Assembly: GCA_002269645.1 (NCBI GenBank)
Contig: NIVC01001190.1
Coordinates: forward strand, 186,001-250,000
Origin: Macrostomum lignano
Taxonomy: Eukaryota
DNA length: 64,000 nucleotides
Reading direction: 5' to 3'
Below are positions 29,701-43,300 of the stretch, piece after piece. The translations under genes were made by a program, and so were the position numbers. Each line of letters opens with the position of its first letter. Position 1 is the stretch's first letter. Below the pieces are notes generated by a model. That model was not told where the DNA came from, searched no databases, and saw only the letters and a program-made list of their open reading frames with translations.

Positions 29701-32700
29701 AATTATAAAAATAGCACAGATAGACTCTGTCAGCTAGCTGTCAGCTATGAAAACAAAAAGGTCCTTTGAGTATATACTCAGCAACATTGAGAAGTTTCCA
29801 CATGCTCCAGTGAGCAATCTCTCTTGGACTATTCTGAAATGAAAAATACGAGGAAACTGATTGGGGTAGCTTTAATCCGTCCAACTCTCGCACAAAGCCC
29901 ACCCCACTTCATTCCCCAACTAGCTTAGTTGCGTCACTCGCAAAGATTGAGAGACTTTACCTGCACTCTCAAATGTGGCGACCACAGACGGAATCCACTG
30001 TGATGGCGACTTTTCAATGTTGCTGAGAACACTGGACCTGCCTCCTTCCGAAGGCAATTACAATGTTTGTGCTCAAAAAATGAAAACCTTCATCTCCGGA
30101 ATGCACTATTTTCGGTAAATCCTGCCTGATCTTAAAAGTTTTCCAAGAAACCGTAGTTGTCTCCTCTTCTACTTGAGTTTTCCACACCCTGTGTGAGCGT
30201 GTGTATGCATACTTATCTTATAACTTATGAGAGTTGCATGAAGGTGAGCCGTCTCCTGAGCAAATTACAAGTGCATTAACACCTGTACTCTCTCTTGTGA
30301 CTCTCTAATCGTCCAGGCATGTACACTGTCTGTGTTTTGGGGGGATAAGTTTAGCGGAATCAACCAGAGTCAGGCTAGACGCGTTTACACCAGCAGAGCT
30401 GCTCCGTCAAAAAGGACCCAGGCTACTCAGCTGACTATTTAAAGAGCCTGAACAATAGATTCCTGTCTCGCTGATGCACCCGGCAGGCTGGGAGTCCACC
30501 TGCTGCTGCTGATGGTGGCCACCCTGATGCCCTGCTGCTTCCTGCTGGTGCCGCTGTGTCGCAGCCTCACCGGCCTGGCCTTCGCCTTCAGCGCCATGGG
30601 GCTGCTGGAGGGCTGCCTGGAGTTCTTCTGCAACGCGCAGCTGCTGCAGCTCTACAGAAGCCAAGCCGGGCCATTCCTGCAGGCCATGTTCTTCTGCCAG
30701 AGCCTGGGCGCCTTCGTGTCGCCCCTCATCATCGGCGCTTTCCTGTCTCATCCGGCGCCGCACGAGTGGCTGAACTGCACCCTGCCTGAGGCGGAGGCCG
30801 CGGCGGCTGCTGCACCTCCGGCAGCTCACGAGGTGTCCTCGGCCACAGTGTACACAGTGGACGACGAGCTGGAATCAGTGCTGTCCCGAGTTCGATACCC
30901 CTTCTTTGTGATCGCCGCTTTTCAGGTGAGAAATTTATGAAATTTCAATTTCAAATTTTTGGTTTGAAATTGCAATTCGCAGCACCGCACTTTGCAGGCT
31001 CCGATAATGGTATCAATGTGCGTGCTAACCTTCAAGGAGATGCTCAGAAGTAACAGGACGGAGATGGAGATTCTCACGGATGATGGTGAGGCTGGAGTGG
31101 CCGTTATGTTTAGAAAATTTTTTATTCAATCCTACATAAGATCCATGCCTCCGAGTCTTAATTGAATATTCCAAATCAGACAACCTGCTTCTAAACCTGT
31201 CTCAGATCCCTAATCACCTGTCTCAGATCCCTAATCACCTGTCTCAGATCCCTAATCACCTGTCTCAGATCCATAATCACCCGTCTCAGATCCCTAATCA
31301 CCTGTCTCAGATCCATAATCACCCGTCTCAGATCCCTAATCACCTGTCTCAGATCTCTAATCACCTGTCTCAGATCCCTAATCACCTGTCTCAGATCCCT
31401 AATCACCTGTCTCAGATCTCTAATCACCTGTCTCAGATCCCTATTCACCTGTCTCAGATCCCTAATCACCTGTCTCAGATCTCTAATCACCTGTCTCAGA
31501 TCCCTATTCACCTGTCTCAGATCCCTAATCACCTGTCTCAGATCTCTAATCACCTGTCTCAGATCCCTAATCACCTGTCTCAGATCCCTAATCACCTGTC
31601 TCAGATCCATAATCACCTGTCTCAGATCCCTAATCACCTGTCTCAGATCCATAATCACCTGTCTCAGATCCATAATCACCTGTCTCAGATCTCTAATCAC
31701 CTGTCTCAGATCCCTAATCACCTGTCTCAGATCCATAATCACCTGTCTCAGATCCATAATCACCTGTCTCAGATCCATAATCACCCGTCTCAGATCCCTA
31801 ATCACCTGTCTCAGATCCCTAATCACCTGTCTCAGATCCATAATCACCTGTCTCAGATCCCTAATCACATGTCTCAAGTCTCTAATCACCTGTCTCAGGT
31901 TTCTAATCACCTGTCTCAGATCCCTAATCACCTGTCTCAGATCTCTAATCACCATTTTTAGATCTCTAATCACATGTCTCAGGTCTCTAATCACCTGTCT
32001 CAGGTTTCCAATCACCTCTCTCAGATCCCTAATCACCTGTCTCAGATCCCTAATCACCTGTCTCAGATCTCTAATCACCATTTTTAGATCTCTAATCACC
32101 TGTCTCAGGTCTCTAATCACCTGTCTCAGATCTCTAATCACCTGTCTCAGATCTCTAATCACCTGTCTCAGATGACAAATCACCTGTCTCAGATCTCTAA
32201 TCACCTGTCTCAGATCTCTAATCACCTGTCTCAGATCTCTAATCACCTGTTCCAGATCTCTAATCACCTGTCTCAGATCTCTAATCACCTGTCTCAGATC
32301 TCTAATCACCTGTCTCAGATGACAAATCACCTGTCTCAGATCCATAACACCTGTATTGAACCGGTCCAAAATAACTCATAAACATAAATCCAGCATCTTT
32401 GCCGTGCACTTTAAGACCAAGATGAAGCTGAAGATGCTGATCCAGTTGCAATCAGCTCGTCAGCCACCTGCTGCATCCTGCTGTTTGCTTCGCTGTGCGC
32501 TTTCGCACTGGATGGCATTCTGGTGAGTGACAGCCAAGGTTGCTGAGTTCTTGTCATGCCGTGTCTCCCTCATCCACCCCTCTCTACCCTCCCGTGTCTC
32601 CCTCATCCTCTCTCCTCTCTACCCCCGGTGTCTCCCTCATCCTCCCCTCTCTACCCTCCCATGTCTCTCTCATCCTCCACTCTCTACCCTCCCATGTTTC

Positions 32701-35700
32701 CCTCATCCTCCACTCTCTACCCTCCAAGTCTCCCTCATCCTCCCCTCTCTACCCTCCCATGTCTCCCTCATCCTCCCCTCTCTACCCTCCCATGTCTCCC
32801 TCATCCTCCACTCTCTACCCTCCCATGTCTCCCTCATCCCCCACTCTCTACCCTCCCATGTCTCCCTCATCCTCCCCTCTCTACCCTCCCATGTCTCCCT
32901 CATCCTCCACTCTCTACCCTCCCATGTCTCCCTCATCCTCCCCTCTCTACCCTCCCATGTCTCCCTCATCCTCCCCTCTCTACCCTCCCATGTCTCCCTC
33001 ATCCTCCCCTCTCTACCCTCCCATGTCTCCCTCATCCTCCCCTCTCTACCCTCCCATGTCTCCCTCATCCTCCCCTCTCTACCCTCCCATGTCTCCCTCA
33101 TCCTCCCCTCTCTACCCTCCCATGTCTCCCTCATCCTCCACTCTCTACCCTCCCATGTCTCCCTCATCCTCCACTCTCTACCCTCCCATGTCTCCCTCAT
33201 CCTCCACTCTCTACCCTCCCATGTCTCCCTCATCCTCCACTCTCTACCCTCCCATGTCTCCCTCATCCTCCACTCTCTACCCTCCCATGTCTCCCTCATC
33301 CTCCACTCTCTACCCTCCCATGTCTTCTTCATCCTCCACTCTCTACCCTCCCATGTCTCCCTCATCCTCCTCTCTCTACCCTCCCATGTCTCCCTCATCC
33401 TCTCTCCTCTCTACCCCCGGTGTCTCCCTCATCCTCCCCTCTCTACCCTCCCATGTCTCCCTCATCCTCCCCTCTCTACCCTCCCATGTCTCCCTCATCC
33501 TCCCCTCTCTACCCTCCCATGTCTCCCTCATCCTCCACTCTCTACCCCCTGGTCTGTCAATTTGCAGGGCAGCTACAGCAGCCTGATCTTCGCATTCTCC
33601 ATGCGAACTCTGAGAACCCGAGAGGATAGAGGCAAAACTGCCTACCTGCCAGCCACTTTCTGGGTGAGTACAGCTGATACGCTTACGAAGCTCTTGTTGT
33701 CTGGCCTTTTATTAAATTAAGATGCAAGAATATTAACCATTGATATGAATAAAAATTATACACAGGGCTTCACTCTGATTGGCCGGCTGTCGGGCATATT
33801 TTTAAGTCTCAAGCTGAGTAGCATTGGCATCCTGTCTATCGATATGGTGAGTAGGACTTATGCTGGAATTGCAACTACAGTCTTAAGGATAGATTTTTTA
33901 AACTTTTGTGATAGGTGTTTTTATTAAAGAAGCTACATGTTACGCTTAACTGTGAGTAGATTATGGTGAAGGGGTTGTAGCCTAGTGGTTAGAGCGTCTG
34001 ATTCACGACTTGAAGGTCGGAGGTTCGATTCACGATCCCACTGGAACTATTTGTGCCCTTTAGCAAATAACTTGTGGCTACGGTTTGATTTTACATTCAG
34101 ATGAGAATGACGTCATATTTCGATTAAACTGACAATAAAAAATGGTGTTAGATCGATGGCTTACTTTTTACTATAAGTATTCAAATGAGCAGAGGCTGGA
34201 TAATATTTTCTATTTTAGTGAAAATTACGTCGAAATCTGATTAGAATTTTATACAAAAACTATAGATATGTTGAACTTTTTACTTCAAGTAGACAAATGA
34301 GCGTATTTGTACAAAATCAAAGGTCGGCCTGGTCGCGTCGGCAATGCTGTTTGTGTTCGGGCAGGACAGCATCGGGCTGCTGTTTGCAGCCACGGCAGCA
34401 ACAGGGTTTTTCGTCAGCCACTGCATGCCGGCTCTGCTGGCACTGACTGAGCAGCTCATTCGGGTCACCAGTGAGTTCCACTTGATGCAACGCTTATACT
34501 TTAATTGGTTGTTATTCTTTGTAGAAACTCTAGCGGATAATTGAGTTAGAGGCTAATGAAAATCAAATTCCCATTGATCATTGGCATCTCTTGGCCGATT
34601 AACCAATGCACAGGCTGCCGTCAAAGACCCGCCAAATTTGCCATTTGCAGAGGACGCCACACTTTGCCTAGTGTCTTCAGCCGCTCTTGGAGAGGCTGTG
34701 CTTCCAGTGGTGATGGCTGCGGTGAGTTCGGGATTGCTGGCAACCAAGGGGATCATAGAGAATATCTCAGGTAACCAAGGGGCTCATAGAGAATATCTCA
34801 GGTAACCAAGGGGCTCATAAAGAATATCTCAGGTAACCAAGGGGCTCATAGAGAATATCTCAGGTAACCAAGGGGCTCATAGAGAATATCTCAGGTAACC
34901 AAGGGGCTCATAGAGAATATCTCAGGTAACCAAGGGGCTCATAGAATATCTCAGGTAACCAAGGGGCTCATAGAGAATATCTCAGGTAACCAAGGGGCTC
35001 ATAGAGAATATCTCAGGTAACTAAGGGGCTCATAGAGAATATCTCAGGTAACTAAGGGGCTCATAGAGAATATCTCAGGTAACCAAGGGACTCAAAGAGA
35101 ATATCTCAGGTAACCAAGGGGCTCATAGAGAATATCTCAGGTAACCAAGGGGCTCATAGAGAATATCTCAGGTAACCAAGGGGCTCATAGAGAATATCTC
35201 AGGTAACCAAGGGGCTCATAGAGAATATCTCAGGTAACCAAGGGGATCATAGAGAATATCTCAGGTAACCAAGGGGATCATAGAGAATATCTCAGGTAAC
35301 CAAGGGCTCATAGAGAATATCTCAGGTAACCAAGGGCCTCAAAGAGAATATCTCAGGTAACCAAGGGGATCATAGAGAATATCTCAGGTAACCAAGGGGC
35401 TCATAGAGAATATCTCAGGTAACCAAGGGGCTCATAGAGAATATCTCAGGTAACCAATTCAAGGGGCTCATAGAGAATATCTCAGGTAACCAAGGGGCTC
35501 ATAGAATATCTCAGGTAACCAAGGGGCTCATAGAGAATATCTCAGGTAACCAAGGGGCTCATAGAGAATATCTCAGGTAACCAAGGGGCTCATAGAGAAT
35601 ATCTCAGGTAACCAAGGGGCTCATAGAGAATATCTCAGGTAACCAAGGGGCTCATAGAGAATATCTCAGGTAACCAAGGGGATCATAGAGAATATCTCAG

Positions 35701-36477
35701 GTAACCAAGGGGATCATAGAGAATATCTCAGGTAACCAAGGGCTCATAGAGAATATCTCAGGTAACCAAGGGCCTCAAAGAGAATATCTCAGGTAACCAA
35801 GGGGATCATAGAGAATATCTCAGGTAACCAAGGGGCTCATAGAGAATATCTCAGGTAACCAAGGGGCTCATAGAGAATTTCTCAGGTAACCAAGGGGATC
35901 ATAGAGAATTTCTCAGGTAACCAAGGGCCTCAAAGAGAATATCTGAGGTAACCAAGGGCCTCAAAGAGAATATCTGAGGTAACCAAGGGCCTCAAAGAGA
36001 ATATCTCAGGTAACCAAGGGGCTCATAGAGAATATCTCAGGTAACCAAGGGGCTCATAGAGAATATCTCAGGTAACCAAGGGCTCATAGAGAATATCTCA
36101 GGTAACCAAGGGGCTCATGAGGCCAGTGGAGTGCACGGTTATCGCAGACAAAGTATGCGTGGTTTACCTTTGCCGAAATACTCCAGGCAATGCACGGCAT
36201 CAGCTCGGGCGCCTACCCCATCGGTCACCTCATGTTTGTGCTGCTGGCGTGCTGTCTCAGCTGCCTGTACATAGGGCTCGGGCACAGCCTCGTTCCGCGC
36301 CCAGTCGGCCCAGCTCAGTCAGCTGCAGAGCGACTGTTTCTAAGCGAGACCAGGCGGACATCAAAGTCGGCGGCGAGTTTGTCGAATAATGGATTGGCTG
36401 CTGCCGCGATGGCACCTGATGAGCAGCTGCGAGGTCCGCCAGCAAACTACGGTTCTCAGTTCAATGAAGCGCAGTAG
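17748..36477 (+). CDS. MFS transporter, MFSD4/NAGLT1-like, 534 aa; exons 17748-18031, 30487-30925, 30998-31085, 32416-32522, 33568-33663, 33766-33846, 34323-34470, 34651-34721, 36187-36477
   Basis: Nine exons total 1605 nt with consistent phases and no internal stops. Hydrophobic TM segments; SLGAALPGL in the TM1 region; motif-A-like GCLNRRLG formed across intron 1; FFCQSLGAFVSPLIIG; AALGEAVLPVV. Seven GT-AG introns plus one GC-AG intron. Confidence 0.88.
18050..28563. repeat. 10.5-kb satellite of 23/27-bp units (GACAGACACAAATCATCACTGAT, with or without an extra AGAC), roughly 430 copies, in MFS intron 1
   Basis: Directly visible; begins about 18 bp after the exon 1 donor. Confidence 0.98.
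31185..32350. repeat. 21-bp minisatellite (TCACCTGTCTCAGATCCCTAA)n, about 55 copies, MFS intron 3
   Basis: Directly visible. Confidence 0.95.
32545..33548. repeat. 33-bp pyrimidine-rich minisatellite, about 30 copies, MFS intron 4
   Basis: Unit CTCCCTCATCCTCCCCTCTCTACCCTCCCATGT fills nearly the entire intron. Confidence 0.95.
33971..34080 (+). mobile_element. tRNA-like (pseudo-tRNA / SINE head) remnant in MFS intron 6
   Basis: A box TAGCCTAGTGG and B box GGTTCGATTC; anticodon and acceptor stems pair poorly; followed by TTGTGCCCTTTAGCAA, reminiscent of a SINE CORE domain. Confidence 0.55.
34740..36118. repeat. 31-bp minisatellite (GAGAATATCTCAGGTAACCAAGGGGCTCATA)n, about 44 copies, MFS intron 8
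   Basis: Directly visible. Confidence 0.95.
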
Positions 36478-39400
36478 AGCTGATCGAGTTAACAAGCCTT
36501 GCAAATTCATCTTTATACACAACTATATATATAGAAATTTGTTTGTTTATTCATATTGAATATTTTAAAACCACGGACCGTAAATTTTTCAAAATTGTGT
36601 GCATCAAGGTTATGGTGTGCTAGTGGATGTGTTACATGCACTTTGTTGGGAATCTTTGGATCTAAATGGGAAAACTGACTTTAAAAGTTACATCATGGGA
36701 ACCATTTGACTATAAGGAAAAGTTGAGAATTTCTACTATAGTTAGGAATTGTTATCTTAATTACACTATAATAAGCTGTGTACTAACCGCAACCAAGTCT
36801 GCTTAACTGCGGGCATCCAAATAACAGCCCATAATGAAAATTTATTTTCAACACACAGATTCTTGTAATGGGATTTTTGTATTAATTTTTATTTTAACTT
36901 TCTTCACGCACTGTACTACTCATGGTATAAGTCTAAGTATAGTCATTATAAATTAATTGCTTCGCTAATTATTTAATTAGGAAATCAAGCGGTGAAAAGG
37001 GATGCACGGCTGACTGACTGTTTTAATAGCTTCTCAAGACGTCAACTTGCTAATTTTTCCCAGAAAATGTTTTCATTCGAATTTTATTAATTAGAGACAC
37101 AACAAATTTGCATTCTTTCCCCGTTGCTTTCAAAAACTTGTTGAGATTCATAATAACAAAATGTATTTTGTTTAATTGAAATAAAATGCCTACTGGTTAC
37201 GGTTACACGTATAGCTGGCTTTTCAAAGATGATCATATATCTTAACCAAACAATTAATGAGGTCTTCTTTAGTTTGCTTATCCGTACGTAGTTAAATTAG
37301 GATTTGAAAAAAGAAGACAAGCAGAAGACTGCAGAATTCAACGAGCATCGATCGTCGACTCCGCCTCACTAGCCAGTCTGGGGACCTATCATCTGGCCGT
37401 CCTGGATTTAGCGCATTCACTGGCTCCCCTCAGAGGCTGACCTGCATTGGTGAAACACAGAAGGGACATAGAAGCGATTTTTTTGAGAATTTGATAGAAC
37501 TTTTGATCAAGTAAGAGTTGAGTTAGAGTTAATAAGTAAATGTTTTTTTGTTTTAACACTAGCTGATGCTTTTGCCATTAAAATATAACGGAATTACATA
37601 AGTAGCTAAGACTTTTAGCAGTAGAAAGACCACGCTATTTTTCCCCATGGGGAAAGACCACGGGGTGTATTACAACTACACACGACCCATTTCACGATAG
37701 CTCGCAAACTGAATTACCGATTTTCGTTAAAGTCCACCACATGGATCAAAATTTTCTGCCTTTCCGACGAACTAACTTTCAAAGTCAGCCGACGTCAGCA
37801 TCGTCGAGATATTCAACGATTCTTGTCGAAGACACTGGTGGCAAGGACAACCAACACTACACTGTATAAACCTTTATGGTGAATCATATTGGCTCATATC
37901 ATACAGACACAGCATCCCAGGCAACCAGGGTCCCCTTCATCACCGTCTGGAGCATCGGCGGCGACCGTCGGGACCTTCAACAAAAGCACCCGATATGCAT
38001 AGTTTGTTTAGCCGACGTGGTTTCATGATGAGATTTTTTGAGCAGAAAAATTTTGCCAATGTTGGTGGTTTTTGCCCCGAGGAGAATTGTTGAATATCTC
38101 AACGATGCCGATTTTTAGTGATTCTCGAAGTTGCTTCATCGAATAGAGCGGAAAATGTTAGCCCGTGTTCTGGATTTTCATGGCAATTGGTTGAATATTT
38201 TTGGAGATACAGACAAAAGTGTGTACTTGAAATGCACCCCATGGTCTTTCTACTGTTAACAGCGCCAAACACTAACAATAGGGAAAGCTTAAACTTGCCT
38301 TTTCGTCTTGAGCTCAATTGTGATAGATTCAATAGACATTGTATCTCGGACATGCAATGCAAGGAAATGAGTTGAATAAAAAGGCGAATCAATCAATTGT
38401 GACCCGTAATGGGAATCAAGAGTTTTGCTTCAGGGTGCCAAGATGAGTGTCTGTCTGTGGCGCACAATGCAGGACTGTCTGTCTGCAGCGCCCCAAAACT
38501 ACGAGTGTCTGTCTGCGGCGATAAAGAGTGCTAACACTGATTCTCAAAGTAATGTAGCAATTTAGTCATAAACAGTAAATAGGAAAAAGATGTTCAGAAA
38601 CTGGACTCAGTGCTTCTTAGAAATTTCCCGTAAAAATTAAAACGTACTGAACTGAACTCAATTCTAGGCCTTTAAAAAGTTTTCCAAGAAACGAATATAA
38701 TTTCTTCACAGTTTTTGGCTCATTCTATTGATCCTATTAGACTTTTACTACACCTAGAATCAGTCAATTTGAATAAAATCAAACCCCCGATTTTAAGAAT
38801 TAAAGTTAACTCGAACATTGACTGTGAACTTCTGAAGCAAACAAAATTCAAATTTACAATCCTTGAGACTCTAAATGCAGGTGTGAGTAATATTGGCTAG
38901 CAAATTGCATTTTAAAGCTAATTTGGCACTAGAAATGCAATTATTTTTATACCTGATTTGAGTTGTCAATGTCTCATGGAACTGTCTCACAAAAATAGCC
39001 TTAACCAACAAATACACAAGACAATACAATAGGCATTGCAACTGATCAAATTTAAAGCTGCCGTCAGTATCTTTGTCAATGAATTTGAAGAAAAAAACAC
39101 AAATTAAAAAAAATAGCTCAATATAAATGCGACTCGTCAGCAAAAGCCCAACCCTTCTGCAGTGTGCTCAAATATTATCTTTTTTTCTAGCGTCGGTCAG
39201 GAACGCATTTGATGTCCCCCAACGCACTGACTCTGCTACTCAGCTGAGCACAACAGAGATTTTCTCAAATAGAAACTCATGAAAAAATGCAAGTTATGAC
39301 GGCTCATAGTAATGTATATAATAGAGACAAGTGGTACCAGCATGGCAACAAACAGGTATTGCTTTAAAAATTTCCTGCAGTTTTTCTTTAGCGAATTTCA

Positions 39401-39789
39401 TCGCATTTTTTTCTTATTTTTTTAGTTGCAGGATTATATTCAGTTATTATGAACATTTTTCTATTGGACGCATAGCATGAAATTGTATAGTTTCAAATTA
39501 CAGTAGAACTGAAGCAGATCAAAGTACATGCTGTACTATTAAACACAGAATGAGACGCGATAAACAAAAGGTTGGTAAAGACATGCAAGCGATTCGAGGG
39601 TCCACAGATGCAGATAGGGGGTGTGGGCAGAAACACAAAATCAATTTGTTATAATACAAGCAAGAAAACAGAGTAAATGTAATCGACAGATACTACTAAC
39701 ATCCCCATGGTGGTTAACAACGACTGTATCTATTAATTTACTAATAATAAGCTTATTTGCAATTTTAAGAGCTCTACTGGATCAATGTG

Positions 39790-40170
39790 CACAAGAGGTT
39801 CTGTGGGTCAATGTGCACAAGGGGTTCTGTGGGTCAATGTGGTCATGAGGTTCTGTGGGTCAATGTGCACAAGGGGTTCTGTGGGTCAATGTGGTCATGA
39901 GGTTCTGTGGGTCAATGTGCACAAGGGGTTCTGTGGGTCAATGTGGTCATGAGGTTCTGTGGGTCAATGTGCTCATGAGGTTCTGTGGGTCAATGTACTC
40001 ATGAGATTGTGGTCAATGTGCTTATGAGGTTCTGTGGGTCAGTGTGGTCATGAGGTTCTGTGGGTCAATGGGTTCTCGAAGCTTTGCAGGTCAATAGATA
40101 CCCGAGGCTGTGGGTCAATGGGTTCACGAAGCTTTGCAGGTCAATAGATACCTGAAGCTGTAGGTCAATG
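39790..40170. repeat. About 26-bp minisatellite (GTTCTGTGGGTCAATGTGCACAAGGG), decaying toward the 3' end
   Basis: Directly visible. Confidence 0.85.
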
Positions 40171-40392
40171 GGTCAAGCTGACCCGGTTAAGGCAATGCGT
40201 CAGACACTAATTGTATCAAACAAATCTGAACTTTAAACCAACACTAAAATCCAAGCATTGCAGTTCTCAGTCGCTGTGTCCCCACCACGAAGTGAATATA
40301 AAAAACAGCCAGTCAGCGCCAATTTCACCGCCAGTTTGCCAGTTTCAGTTAGTCAAAAATAGTCACAAAAAGTCCACCCAGAAAGCGGCAGT

Positions 40393-43300
40393 TCACAGCG
40401 CCAACTGGCTGATCGCGTCATTCCGTCGTTTGATAAGGAAGTTGCGCAGATCCTCGTTCGACCGACTGCTGCCAGGGGAGTCGCCGCCGCTGCCGCCGAT
40501 GCCAGCGGCAACTCCGCCAGTCGGCGACGAAACTACCGAGGCGGAGCCTTCGCGCTGGTGCCGACGCTTCCGGTGCCGATGCTTGTGCCGCTTCTGCTTG
40601 GAATGCTGGCGGCGCTGCTTCTTGGCTTTGCGCTCAGACGAAGACGTCGGTTGCTGAGCCGTCGCAGCAGCAGCTGTCGATGCCGCGGCTGCCGCAGTCC
40701 GCTTGCCGGCCGTCACCACCGACACCATTGAGGTCGGCGCCAATTTACTGCGTCGCTGCTGCTGCTGCGGCGAAGACGACGAAGCGACCGACGACGAGGC
40801 AGAATTTGCCGAGTCGGCCGACACGGCGCGACGATGTCGAGACCGACCGGAGCGACCGCGACTGCGGCTCCGGCTGCGCCGATGCTCGCGCGGCTGCCGT
40901 CGGCGCTTCTTCTTGCGCCGGTCGGCTGCAGAGATCGAAGCCGACGAGCTCGAGCTCGAGCGGGAACGCGACCTTCGGGGCGGCTCGCCCACGGAGCTGC
41001 CTGCCGCCGCCGCCGCTGGAGCAGCAGCCGGAACCGAAGCCGCCGAAGACACGGCAACAGCAGCAACAGCAGCAGAAGCGGAGGAAGACGGCGCCGTTGA
41101 AGCTGACGACAACTGCAACGGCAAAGACATCGGCGGCAGTGGCGGCTGCTGCTGCTGAGGATGCTGAGGAAGATGATGATGATAGCTCTGCAGCTGCTGG
41201 TGCGGCATCATCAAAGCGGCAGCCGGATTCGGGAAACCGGCACCAGCCCCGACCGGAACAGGAGCGAATGACGGATGCGGAGGCTGATACAGTTGAGGAT
41301 GCTGCTGAGGATGATGAAGCTGAGCATGCTGCTGCGGGGCCATCTGCTGCATATGATAGCCAGCCTGGTTGATAAACACAGGCGGCCGAAACGACTGATT
41401 GATCTGCATCGCCTGCGGCGGCATAGAACGAGGCTGATGAGGCTGCATTGGCGGATGCTGAGGCGGATGCAATACTTGATGATGCTGCTGGTGCTGAGGT
41501 TGTTGCTGCTGTTTCTGTTGCTGCTTCCGCTGGTGCGGCGGGCTTCTTCTAGCAGACGAATTCCGACGATCTGAAGTCGATGAAGATTGCGACACTGTCC
41601 TGGCCAGCTGCCGCTTGACTCCTGTCGATGAGGCGGACGATGCAGCAGCAGCGTCATCGGGTGCAGCGTCAACTGGCGGCTCGTCAAACAGCAGGTCGGT
41701 GCAATCGTCCAGCACGAGCTCGTCCACTGAGTTGAAGATTTCTACTGAGGACTCTCCCTCATCGTCCTCCTTCACAGCATCCGAGTTTGCTTCAGCCTCA
41801 TCATCCTGGGCTTCTTCTTGAACCGGCTGCTCCTCTTTCTCGTCGGCAACCGACGCAGCGGCTGAGGAGGCCGCCGAAGGCGACGACGATCTGAGCAGCG
41901 ACTCCTCCTCGTCCGTGTCCAGCGTGCACGGCGCCGATTCCACTGGCGGTGCCGTAGCGCCAGATCTTTGCTGCGACGGGTTCGCCTCCTCGAATCCGTT
42001 GCCTAGCAACAGCGACGCCGAGGCTTGGGCGACGATTTTACTATCGGCTTTGCTCTTTTGAGCTTCGCTATCAGCATCCTTAGCATCCTCATCATCTTCA
42101 TCATCGTCCTCTTCGACATCGTCTCGAATTCGATCAAATTTCCCGTGTCCTGTGAGTCGCTGCTGACTCGCAGTTGCTAAGGGCTGCTGCGGCTGTTGTT
42201 GTTGCTGCTGTCTCTGCGCCTGCTGGGTGACTGGAGCTCTACTGGCCGTGCCGGGAGCTGGCGGAACCGCCGAAGCCGCTGCAGGTTTGGCATCCCCCGG
42301 CCTGTGCTGTCGCCGAGTCAACACCAACAGGTTGGCCCGACGGTTGTGCTGGGGATAAATGAATAAGAAAGTTTGTTAGCTGGTGCTGTGACGTGAGGCC
42401 ACTGACAGAAGGTCCTGTCCCATATTAAAATTGTTATTGCTTTCGACAGGAAGCAGATCCACTTTTCTGATATGTTTTGCCATTTTAAAATTAGGATTTT
42501 ATGTTGTGATCGGTTTTATGAATCTATTTGTTCATTCTTAGCTGAATCTGTAACAGTAACAGTATAATTCAACAAAGGTGATAAAATGGATTCATAAAAC
42601 CAATCAGTCGAGCTTTGCCATTTTTATAAGAAACAGGGGGGTTGTGTGCACCCTAGCGCACTTTAAGCGACATAGGCACACAACCGGCGAGAGGCATTAC
42701 TGCCCATTCCGCCGACTCCCCTGAGCAGGCATACAAGCGCGCGGATACGTACGCAGGCACACACTCACACAGGAGTGTACAGCGGCCCTAACTTTATATT
42801 ATCGTTAGGCATGTACACTTCACTGCGCCTTGGGGGGGGGGGTTGGCTCTCAAGCCGTTAATTGCATGAGCAGAGCCAAGCCGAGATTCCAATTCAGCCC
42901 CAAATTAATGTGACTGCACTTGGAATCGAGCCTGGGTCGCTGGCACACCAGAGCAGCTGCGCTACCGCTGGGCTACGGCCCCCCTCGAGCTTTACCATGC
43001 ATTTTTATAATATTTAGGTACACGAACTGTACATAGACCAATAATATTTATTCTACGTAGAATAGCAATAACAATTTTTGTGCTGAAAAAAGTTGATATC
43101 TCGTGACATCTTGTCGTTTAGAAACACTTCTTTCCTATTTGACCTGTGTGATCTGCAACGCGTCTGAAACAACTTTGGGGCGACACAAGTGACTGCGGGA
43201 CGCTTCTTAGCCTTGGCCAACCATCCTTTCTTTTGTCCTAAGGGTAGTAGTAGTAGGGCAGAATTGAGCGTTAGAATTATACACGGGACAGTATGCTTTT

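Noticed and set aside
33971-34040. Functional tRNA gene (also considered at 2457 and 42984)
   Set aside because: Acceptor and anticodon stems do not pair properly and there is no oligo-T terminator; SINE head or pseudo-tRNA is more likely.
36520-36830. Helitron/Helentron-like 5' end (TATATATAGAA...TTTGTTTGTTT)
   Set aside because: No matching 3' hairpin and CTRR end could be located with confidence.
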